DNA of 64,000 bases from Balanoglossus misakiensis (Eukaryota; Animalia; Hemichordata), in NCBI GenBank assembly GCA_040954595.2, contig CM082584.2, positions 11,436,552 through 11,500,551 of the forward strand, given 5' to 3'. The notes beneath the pieces are model-generated. The model worked only from the letters and a program-made list of their open reading frames with translations, did not search any database and was not told the DNA's origin. The translations under genes were made by a program, and so were the position numbers. Shown one piece after another: positions 11,401-23,123 of this stretch (the stretch's first letter is position 1; every line of letters begins with the position of its first letter).

Positions 11401-14113
11401 AGACCAGAGTGATGAGGAAAGTGAGGATGATGTGACATTGCAGGGGGAGATGGATGTAGACATGGAAGATCTACCAAGTCCAGCAGGTACATCAGATGTA
11501 GAAAGTGTTCTGGTGTCTGAGCAACCTGACAGTGACATGGACGATGATGATGACCAGATGCCACCACCGCCAGGTATGTTCAGTTGCAAGCTGTACAATC
11601 CAATAGGGCATGTAGAAAGATTCTCAAACTGCATACACACAGCATATGCTAACCAATACCTTACTGAGCTTGTTGCTGCTGGTACATGTGCTCTGTAGCC
11701 AATACAGTTTTTACAACATGAGCAGGTTTGCTGATATTTCATTCTATTTCCAACAGAGATGCCTACGCCTCGCCAAGCGAGCGGAGTACGTCACTCATCA
11801 AGGAGAACTTCAAAACCGCGAGAGTACTGGAAGGTCACTCCTGAGAAGTCTCCAACTGAGGAGATGGCGAGTCACAAGACCAAGAGAACTGTTCAAAAGG
11901 CCGGTGACCAACGGAAATCACTTGCTGGTGGAAATACTACTGGAGGCAGGAAATCTGCCAAGAAAGGTGGTGGTGGTGGTGGTGGTGGTGGTACAAAGAC
12001 AGCCAAGAAGGGACTGACGGAGCAGAAGAATCAAAAGCGGAAAAGTGAATCTCGGGAGACGGAAGTCACAAGGCAGAAGAAGCCAGGGAAGAAGTCTGCA
12101 ATGGCCGTGGTGAATTCATTCTTGGATATGTCAGGTGATTGGCAGAAGGATGACCATCTTCCTATATTAATCTTTGATGCTTAATTACTGACAAATGTGT
12201 TATTAGAAAGTGGTACCATTGCTTGTCAATATATGTTAAAACAGATTTGCTTTCATCTCTATTGTGGACAGATCCAAGTACCTTGTACAGCACACTGATG
12301 GATGACCTTGATCCACTGGATGAGGAGAGCATGGGGCAAAGCTACATTACACAGCCATCGCCGGGCAAGAAACGTAAGGGTCCGAAGACACCGCAGAAAT
12401 CGCCAGCAGCCAAGAAGCAGAGAAGTGTGGCGGGGACCCCTCAGAAATCGCAACAGAGAGTGATCGAGTCTGACAGTGAAGATGAGGAGACCCCACAGCC
12501 GAAAAAGAGAACCGCTAAGGAGACAACATCGACATCAAGACATCGTTTGGATGATGACAGTGAAGAGAGTGACCTAGACACTCAACCGTCTCTCAATGAA
12601 GAAACTCTGGACTCGTCTGACGATGGTGATAGTCAGGCAATTTATCAGCCTTCACCATCTCTCAGTGAAGAATCTGAGGACCTGTCTCTTGACGATGAAA
12701 CTCCGGAAGTTTATGAGCCTCCACTGTCTCTTAATGAAGAAGCTCAGGACTCATCTGATGGTGAAAGTCCAGAAGTTTATCAGCCTAACCCGAGGCAAAA
12801 AACAGTCAAAGGAAAGAAGAAGGTGAAGAAAGTCCAACTGAGTATGTACATATTCTTTATTCCCTTGTGTGTGTAACTTCTCTGACTTATAGACAGCTGG
12901 CTGCATATTTGCATATTGGATTTTAGTGAAATCACCCCAATTATGGTTGGCAAAAATGAACAATTTATACATTCTATAAATAATCAAAATGTGTCATATT
13001 TTTTCAGTTTTGCCGAAGAGTGGCACACCTGGTCTCCGACGGAGCAGAAGATGTCGAGTAGGCCCAACAAGATATTGGATGAATGAAAGACCTGTGTACG
13101 AGAAGCGCAGATCGGGGGGGTTCGTTCTGAAAAACGTGCAGACTCCCTATGTTCCTGTGGAAAAGTCAAGGTCCAGAAGACAAGGTTTGTCACATTTTGC
13201 ACTCTTACAAAATTAGAGGGATATGAGATGTACATTTTCGGCTATTTTCTGTGTACCAACTGTGGTTACATGCCGATTTTCATTGTTTTCAGCCATGACA
13301 AGGAAGATTCCCACATCACCGACTGATTTTTCCATCCATGGAGAACTTGATGATCCTTTTGAGGAAGAATTGTCACCCCTTATCGCAACGTTAGACACAT
13401 CTACGAACACAGAAGTAGAGATAGGTAAAGTTGCTTTCTAAATTTGTTTTCATATCAGGTTCTTCTGTCTATGTTACAGCTACCTTTGATTTGTCTTTCA
13501 AGCAACATTGAATCCTGAGTTCGAGATGTTTCCTATTTCTCCCAACAGATTGCATCAGGCCCGGATCAGCCTTGGAGTTTTTAGGACCAACCGGCAGACC
13601 GGCCACAGGAGGTGATGCCATGGCCATTTCCAAGGCACTGGAGACGGACAGTTTTTCCGTTGGGATGCTGATATTGAGGCCACTGCAGGAGAAATCACCG
13701 CAGCTGGTCAGGACGGACACTTTAGCGTTTCACATCATCAAGGGCAGAATTCTGGTGGAAATCCACCGGACTAAAGTGGTCATGCAGAAGGGCGGTTTCT
13801 TTTACATCCCGGCAGGTTAGTGAGGATATATCATCTGGGAGATCACAGTCAGGGGGGATTGTGTTGACACTGTTTCTTCCAAGCTTGCAATCAGATAATT
13901 ATCAGAAACCTAGTCTTGAGTGACTACTCAACAGGCCTACCAAAATTTACCAAATGACATCCTGCATGTACATGTAACCTTTCATAACTTCTCACTCTTA
14001 AGAGTCTTATTTCCGCTTTCCACTCTTTTGCAGGAAACTCGTATTCCTTAAGAAATCTCCGGAAGGAAGAGGCCATGCTGTCGTATTTTATAGTCAAGGA
14101 CACGAAGAACTGA
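8472..14113 (+). CDS. CENPC: Centromere protein C (Mif2/CENP-C), about 1264 aa
   Basis: 12 coding exons: 8472-8498, 8676-8728, 8993-9078, 9278-9372, 9526-9803, 9922-11573, 11757-12134, 12272-12841, 13008-13184, 13293-13424, 13549-13815, 14034-14113 (3795 nt, phases consistent). Contains an N-terminal Mif2-type motif GRRTG...DSDGYEIFDDYW, a long disordered K/R/S/D/E region, the CENP-C motif TPGLRRSRRCRVGPTRYWMNERPVY, and a C-terminal cupin (FSVGMLILRPLQEK...FFYIPAGNSYSLRNLRKEEAML). Confidence 0.93.
11966..11992 (+). repeat. (GGT)9 coding microsatellite, poly-Gly in CENP-C
   Basis: Perfect GGT x9 within exon 11757-12134. Confidence 0.9.
12586..12789 (+). repeat. Three degenerate 69-nt (23-aa) tandem repeats in the CENP-C coding sequence
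   Basis: Units start CCGTCTCTCAATGAAGAA (12586), CCATCTCTCAGTGAAGAA (12655), CTGTCTCTTAATGAAGAA (12724), exactly 69 nt apart. Peptide pattern SLxEE..DSSD..SPEVYQP. Confidence 0.8.
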
Positions 14114-17100
14114 AAAGTTAACACTGCCACCCCCGTGTACATAGTTGATCGATCCTCTGAAACAAAAGATGACTTATACCCATATTTCGTTTTGAGTAAT
14201 GTAAATATTGCCACAAAAATAGAAATTTCACAGAGTATGACTGGATATTCAATACCTCTATTTTCATTACTGATACTAGTACATTTATATTTAGCCTAGA
14301 ACTTTAGCAGAAGAAAAGTATATGCTGTGTATTATAAAGTTTAGTTTGACTGGGTTATTTTTATTGCCCACTGCACTGCCATTTATAGTCAGAACTGCCA
14401 CAAAAGAATGTTTCAATCATCCTCTGTATGGGTACATGCATTTTCATCATCAAGGGGATACACATACTGTATAAATATGAAAATTGAAGAGTATTCAGTG
14501 ATGAAATTTGGACAGAGTTGTATATCTTCACAGCTGTGGAAATACTTCCCTGGGACAATTTTATGGTATCCATTTTTTTTAAACTTAGGACTGAAGTCAG
14601 AGTATGTTATCACTGAATCTTCCCGACATGTTCTTAAGTAAAGTTCATTTGATAAATATTTGATAATATAACCATATCTGGTCGTTATTAGCCAAATATA
14701 TGCCACTTAAAATCACAACGCTACCAAGGAATTGTTTCTTCGGTCAACATAAGTAGGCCAACTTCTTGCAGGATGGTCGTGTGATGGCGCTGTTTCCTAT
14801 TGTCTCATGCTCAACAAGCAGGTGCAGTTTGCGCGCGCACACCGACTACAAAACAGTGAAGCACGCGGCTACCTGAGACAACCGACATTGGTCAATTTAT
14901 CAGGTGATTTTTCTGATGAAGAAGATTTAGAGGTAAAGGGAACAAGCAGAGGAAAACAACAAGAAAAGTAAGTTGAATTTTCGTCAAGTTGTGTCTGCTC
15001 AGTTGTCAATCACTTTTTGTTCTTAGCATAATGTTTACACGTAAGAACAGCCGTCATTAGCCCGACACCCAATATTGCCAAGCTTGTGGAGTGACCGTGA
15101 CACAAGTAGCAAATCGTAGTAGTACACTCGAATGCACACCAAGACCCAGTAGCCACGAGGGTCCAACCTGTTGATTAATATTCGATGTGTACCGTACGCG
15201 CATATACTGCGGTAGCTGGGTACTCCTGCAATGGAGGCCAACATGCACAGGTGTGATACTCGTTTAAAATGCAAATTAGGCCAAAACGTACAGAGGTTGA
15301 TAACACGTACCGTATATACGTTGAGCATACTTTGCCCAAATGGAAAGTATTGCAATAGTGCTACAAGTCTGTCAGTCTCATTTTCAGTTCATATCTCGTG
15401 CGCACATTCAGTTTATATCTAGTTTTTAAACTTTGATTCAACGCGCAACAAAAAGCCCACAACATGGTCCGCTAGCACGGGTCGTTAGCTAGACTGTACA
15501 TAGTCTCCCACTGAACTATTTCAGGGAGCATGCAGCTGCCCGGAAAGAGACCTTGGTAAGCGAAGATGACAGCAATCTTTCATGTCCCCTCAGTAAATCA
15601 CAGTCATTTCCCAACACCATGCACGGTGGTCGTTATCTTTAAACTTTGATGGGCTCTCCCAGTTGCGATAAATATTGAACCAACTTATCCTGCGTATCAC
15701 GAGCAATGTTACGCTTTACGCGCAACTCTGACGCATTAAATTTAACACTCAAAATATACATCGTTCAATTTAACGAGAATCCGGGTAGTGTTTTGTACGT
15801 CAATGTGACGTGTATCTGCTCTAAGAAGTGAAACAGGAGACAGAGAACATATGTTACCGGCCAATGGTGGGGGAAAGGTTAGTGTTTTTATTGAAGTTTG
15901 TTTGATTTACTGTATATGCATGGCCGAGATGTGTGGACACATATAAAGGGGTTGGCCATTTGATATCTTTGGGATCTGGAAGATTGAGAAAAGATTCCGA
16001 TTTTCTGCTTGTAACTGCAAAGTGACTGCAACTTTATGGTAGTACGCACCTCGAAAATCAAAGTGTTTAACTTTTTTTCACATTTGCCCAAAGCAACTTA
16101 TTGAGAATAAAACTTGCGGATCGCCTTAAAAAAAATCAAAATTTCGTGCAACTTATCCATGGAAAAACGCAATCGACTCAGTAAATGTTCATGTTTATAA
16201 TTTTATGTGTAAACCTGCTACAGGTTACTGGTATCTGACTGTAAAACTCCCATAAATTGCAAATCACACAGCTGTCGATAATCGGAAAGTGTGTACAATA
16301 AACTGTAACTCCGCCCTCAGTGTCAACAGTAGCGGTAACTTTTGATTTACTAGTGAGCTACATTACCACCCGACTGACTATGAAATCCTGGTATCATCAA
16401 TGTCCAAATCTTTCAAATCCAGATGTGTGACGTAAAACGTGTAATGTTCACACACCATCCCCACAGTCTGTATATAAAGTTGTCAATAATCATGATATTG
16501 GGACCGTTGGCTAAGGAGTTGTTCAGCAACTTTCTTATGTGTTTAGCGTTTTTTTTTAATTATAAATATGTTGAATTTTAAACTTTTTTAATGAAAATTA
16601 CATATTTGTCTACCGCAGTTTCCACTGGGCGTGACAAATAAGCTTATCATGTATTTTGAACTGTGAGATAGTGATCTAAGAATTTCATTTTTGAACCAAT
16701 GTATCCTTGTCCATCCTCCCCTTGGCTTTATTTGCAAACCGCGGATAGAATTCGAGTAGGGCTCTTTGATACAGCTGTGTGCCGCCATTGCTGAAAGTGT
16801 CAAATTCTGATAAATTACAAGGGAACTTTGACTAAATTGATTATTCGTACGTCCTTGGCGCTCAGCTGTCCATCATTATTCAGACAACTGACCCAATGTA
16901 GGTAACCTGTTGGCCTGAGTGGAATTTTAGTGACTGCGTTGAAGTGACTAAACGGACAAAGCCCATCGTCCGTTGTCCGGCTACATTCAGTCATTGGACG
17001 TGATGACGTCACAAAGATGGCTGGGGTGGACTGTTTTGTCGTCTGTTGGCATGGATACGAGCAAAACTGGCATTGTAGTTTTTCGGGTGTTGTTGTTGTC

Positions 17101-20100
17101 GCGTGTCGAATGCTTCCACCAGATTCCGTTGTTGCGTCGATCACCGGTTTTCTGTAACGGGCGACGCCCATTTATGGTCGTCAAGTACGAACACTAAAAT
17201 CATCGATCACCGGTCGGTCTGTCGGCAGCTTGAAGGCTGCACTGGCACAACTTGGCAAAGTACAACATGTTGAAGTGTAACTCGCGGAATAATAGAACTC
17301 CTGGCGTACCAAATTTAACTGCTACCAGACGTCACGGGACAAAAATCGACCGACAGAAACAGGTTACCTGCAGGTGGGCGTACTGACGCACTGCCTGGTA
17401 TTTGTGGGAGGGGCGCCTCGGAATTATTCGCTAAACATTCTCTGCGACAACTTCAGAACACGCATATCATAATATTTTGACAATTTCGCATTAGTGCAAA
17501 CCCTTGAAAAAGAATAGCCGTTATGTTAAGCTTTACCGGATTGTTGGCCGTGACTGGTACGTGGGAGTACCGATGTATCAGTCCATTCAATCCGTCACAA
17601 AAGGTGCGGTTTCTCTGACAAGAAATCGTCTCATTGTCAGAAACTAATTCTGTATTGTCCGATCAAGTGTTTGATCTTAAGGCGGTTCACTTCTGTAAAT
17701 CTTGATGTGTGTAATGGAATTTTTACTTTTTGTGACTCGAATAACAATTTTATAAAATTTAAAAAAAAATTAACAGGCAAATTGCACAGTTCATGATATC
17801 CCTTCTGTTTCCGTAAGCATCGTCCCATTGTCTATCAGAATTTTTTGTGTGGGTTCTAACAACATAGGCATCTCGATAAGGTAATATCACCACTGATCGT
17901 TGTCCTAACATGTCTGCAAACAGAAAGACGAATGTCAATGTTAAGCAAACACGGAACCACAATGCCATAAAAAACTCGAGATAATCTACTCGGTTCATAT
18001 TGTGGAACACGTTGCTTCAGCATTACCACTTTGTCCGGAGAGCTAGAGCCAATCCAACTGCGTGCAAGCTGGTGCTTGGCATGTGCAGACCAAACTTGAA
18101 ATCAAGTCCTGCAACGTTAGGGAAACAAATTGTCAGTACCCATACCTCGCCACACCAGCATTCATGATCCACCGAAAGCAGAAAACGCAATCCTCTGTCC
18201 CGTTTGATGTCTTCAAACTATACTCAGACAACTGACGGCATTGGAGCAGGTCTGCTGTCAATCTTTGTCAATCATACCCGTCAATCATTTCGAAGTGACC
18301 TGTGACCAGCACTCTCGGCTGCTCGCACAGAATGGCCAGCACCCCCAAAATTCATTTCAATATCACCTCTATGCCAATCACGTTTGACCATACAGCCACC
18401 GGTCCAGACTCCACTCTGGTCCTGCCGTGTTTTCTTTTCTGATATGAGTTCATATTCCGCATTAATTAAGTAAATATATGCATAAATAGATTATATGTTC
18501 TTGTGTGACGAGTTCACTTGTTGATTTTGGTGTTGAAACTGTTCTTGTATAAAACAGTCTGTGTAAAGGTCAACTATACCCACTTCGGCCGCGATCCAAA
18601 AAATACGCGTGTTCCCAGCAAAAGTGGATTTATTAGTTAATCACACGGATTAACAAACATCCCCTGGAGTCTGACATTCTTGTGGACGCGTTTCTAGTAG
18701 TGCAAGTATATTCACCAAGACAGAAAAGGCCGGCTTTGATGGTCATAAAATATTCCATTCACGAATAGTTGGCATGGGAGTTGGCCTTGCTAGTGCGGGT
18801 ACGCGAGTTCTGAGATAAAACATGCCATTAATTGCATTTTTCCCTTCAATCGCAGGAATGTGTCATCGTTTGTGGACAGAACTTCCACATTTCCAAATGA
18901 CAGTTATTATTGCCCGGAGAAATTATACGCGTATCAAAGTGTAGCCTGGAATCCGTGACCGAACGATAAAAGCAGAACGCATGCACACGAGTTCAAGGAT
19001 AACCAGTGTACGCACGCATGTAGAAGTTTTGGGCTTTGGGCAACAGTTAAATAATAACACATGTTAGCGAGGGCAATATCATGATTTTTATCCTGCACGA
19101 GGGATGGTGATCTCTGACCATAATATTGATGATGCCCGTGCCGCAGACGAGGGTGCAATAATTTAAATATTCAACATTCTTTTCTGAATTCATCACCTGT
19201 CAATAATTCTGGCACTACGCTTTCCTTGGCTTGTTACTCAACCGTATCCATTCAAGCTCCCCCACCCCTTTACCACCTTTACCCTGCGTTCCTTTTCAAG
19301 GTAAACCATCTTCTATTTTCGAAGTTCACCAAAGAAGCCGAACAAGTTAGTTGCGCTCTATCTGATTGCTCGACCCGGCCTTGTTCATCGAGCAAATCTA
19401 GGTTCAACGACCGCTAGCGAATTGTATTCAAATAGGAAGCCAGGTCGTACTTATTGAAACTTGTCGAGGGTAATGAATCGCAGTAGCCTATTGTATTTTT
19501 ATTTTTACCTCTCCAGTTAGACAACATTTTGAAGACATGTTAACCCTGTCATTGCTAATCTTATCAAAAAATCACCCTTTCCTCGATATGTACTACACAA
19601 AATCTGCAAGATTTCTTCGTGATCGTGTTTGAAACTATTTGTGACATAATTCGGCATTCTATGTTTTCACTCTGGTTTACATTTACGTGTATTACCCCAT
19701 TCTTTTTCTGAAATGAACTTGTGGGGGGTGAAAATATAGGGCACGGCTTTACGACTTTTCTGATTCATGCCCCGCGTCGTAAACTGCAAATTAAAAGTAT
19801 GCTGTTGCTTTCGTGAAAGTCTTCAGACTTGTTCACATCATGCAATTACCCTCAGGACAGCGTGGGCATAGCATACAGCTTGACAACTAATTTCTCCGGC
19901 GATGTGAGTCTCCCCTTAAGTAACTTTACGTTATCTACATTTTTTTCACTGGAATGGTAATAGTTTTGTGGTTGATGATGGAATTTCAAGCAACACGCTA
20001 CAATACTATCATCGTCATTATACCAAAACAACAACAACATCATCAACATCATCACCACCGGCGCTTCCGCCATAACCACCATCATAATTTTTCATTCCAG

Positions 20101-22242
20101 AGCAACAAGCCGATTTACTCTTAAACATTTCACTGAACGAATATGCGCTTGCAATGACATCAGCCCTCTCATTCTGTTTACGTCTAATGAACATGCTCAA
20201 TTGCCATTTATCAATTTCCTGTCGATCGTCTAAATTCACTGGAAATTTTTCGTGTAGATCACCTGTCAAAATAATGACCAGTCTGGCAACATGTCTCGTG
20301 CACTTAATGTGTGTCCACTTCAATTGTTATTATTTTTAAAACCATTTAGGATTATTTTGGTGTGTCTGATAACATTATCTCTCGATAACACAGAGTAGAG
20401 TCTCGTGAGTGTACATCAATTAGACATCTATCCATCATTGCAAGGGTCACTGATGTTTCTATAAATACAAAACAGCACGTGCGAGACCATATACTGTTTA
20501 CAAAATATTATCTATTTATAGTTGGCATTCTGATTATTGCGAACATTCCTATAAATGTGTCATGTTTTAGTTTCATAGTTACTCAGAAAAAAACACAAAG
20601 TTTTGTTGATTTTCCACCATGGATGGTCCAGTATAGTCCATTTGGCTATCAGACACCCCACGTAGTTTTACTGCGCCAGTCACAGAGATATGTAATTTCA
20701 TTACTCCAGTAAACCATAGACAGTAGATGAGTAAACTGATAGCTGGTTACAAGGGCATATAACAACATTCTTAGCAGTTTACTTAAATATATTGAGATTT
20801 CTTTGTATGATGTAATAACGCCGACGCTATAAGGCAAAGGTGACGCGCTCGTCACCCGTGATCAGAATGTTCAATGTTCCGGTACTGGGCGATGCGTCTT
20901 ATCTTTTTCGGGAGGGAGGTTGGAAGAGAGGTAAATTGCATCAGCTTGCCAAGTCCTCGATTTCATCATTCTCAGTCTCCTCTGAAACAAAGCGTTGGTA
21001 CTGCATTAGCCTGTTTCAAAGAATGATTGATAACCCATAGATTTTGTTTTCGAATATCAATCTTTTAAAAGTGATATTAGGCCTACGTCATTTGTTTCGT
21101 CATCGTACGATGGGATGACGTTTACCAGAAACATAGCACTGCTCTTTGTGTGTCTAAGAAATAGTGGATTACAATGTAGTTGCAGTAAATTTAAGTCAAC
21201 CCTCAGGCTGTACCTGACCTGTATAAATGTGCACGTAAAAGGCGTATGCGAATGTAAATGTTTCACAATCAAGCAGCCTTGCCCTATTCAAGACGCGAAA
21301 GTAAAATTTGTCAGTTGGAATCTTTGTCGACCAGTGAGCGCACGCCAAATAATTTTGCACATTTCTATTTACACTTAGTTTTAAAATTATTCTTAACTTC
21401 CACAACTTTCGCTGTGCATAAATTAGTGGACATAGCTTTCTGGGTTAGGCCTGTTGAATTTTATCAAAGCAAATCAAAATGTCCGTCTGTGCGTGTTTCT
21501 TTGGCTGTGTTCTAAGCTGTCCTGGACTTTGGTTACAAACGGCTTCAAGTTTTTGTCCACGAACGTCGCGAATTTTAGAGATAGAATTGCTATCCATGGT
21601 TGAGTGACTTTGTTCGCCATGAAAGACCCCAGATGAGATTCAAATCACGCCATTTTCTCTGGCATCGAACGAGAATAATATAAAAGGGGGGGGGGGGGTC
21701 TGACGTCATCGAAATTTCGACTGAAAAGATTTCACGATCGATCGAATGTCTCGTGTTTGAGAAGATCTAGGGTTCGCAGTGAAACAGGGCAGGCCGGCGA
21801 CACACGCCTCAAAGCCCTTCTGCAGCGAGGCGTTGAAGATAACGATTTAGAATGATTACAAAGACGACAGGGGGACTGACCGACGGCGATTCACCTTTGC
21901 CACAGTCACACTGCCCAGTCACTTTAACTGGGACTGCCTGGTTTTACGTGTTCTTTTCATTACCAAAAGGCCAACGTGGCCAATACTCTCCCCTAACTTC
22001 ACCACCAAAGTATTGCTAGTCAAATTTATCGCCAGACCCTCGAATTTATTTTTACTAAATTACTTAATTTGTCAATGAGAAAATTCTGCTAGTGGTAATA
22101 TAATGACATGCGTATGCTAAGCCCGCGTTCGCACAGAAGTTGACTGATGGGCGGCGTTCCTTACGTGCGTATACGGCCGAGATCACCCTTTCAATGCCAC
22201 GTCACTGCACATATGCATCGCTAAACTTCGCTCACTTTGCGA

Positions 22243-22243
<1 letters not shown>

Positions 22244-22269
<26 letters not shown>
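22244..22269. repeat. (TCTG)n tetranucleotide microsatellite
   Basis: tctgtctgtctgtctgtctgtctgtc run. Confidence 0.8.
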
Positions 22270-22273
<4 letters not shown>

Positions 22274-23123
22274 AATCTGTTTTTGCCTCTCCGTATCTCT
22301 GTTACACACTGACAGATAAAATACCACGTGTCAGACAGGTCGCTACGTAAAATGTGAGAATTTTAATAAACGTCAAGAGCGAACCATATAAATTTACAAT
22401 CGGACTGACTCGCCGGTCGTCGTTGGACAAAGGCTCCTACTTGATATATTCTACTCTAATGACCACGATTATTTTAGGTCGAAAATAGCCATGCAGAACA
22501 ATGATATTTCTTTGTTGTCTCCCTCCTCGATAATGAAAATCCATATCTTGGGGTATAATATTTTACAATAATAAATATTTCAGCTCGGTTTGAAGTAAAA
22601 TTGCCACTACAAAGAAAAAACAATTCACAATATATACAAACACTTATGAAAAATATTCTTGTAGGCAGGTTTAGTTTTTAAACGACGACAGTCTTATACA
22701 ACACGTAGCACCGTTGAGAAATAAATATCCTCAATAAATTACAAAAAATAAATACAATGAGATGTCAACATGTACGACAAATGGTATCAAATAATATATA
22801 CTCGTTTAAGCCTTGGGCCTAAATAATATAATGAAATAAGTTATACTGACCATGTTTCAACCATGGTATCAGAAAAATGACTTAAGTTTCAAAGTTACAC
22901 ATATCTTCTTCATCAAATTCCCTTAGTGATTCATCTGTTATGTTCTTTTTGCAATCTATAGGCTTGAAACTAGAGCTTGTAACGGCTATGGCACCATGAT
23001 ATTTGTGTTGAAAGCCAACAGTTTGGTTTAAGCTGTGGTGTGTCTTTTTGAAGACTAGTTACGCTGCTTTGTAATTTAAAAAAAGGGTTCTCAGTAAATG
23101 GACGAAACAGAACAGTGTTCGTG

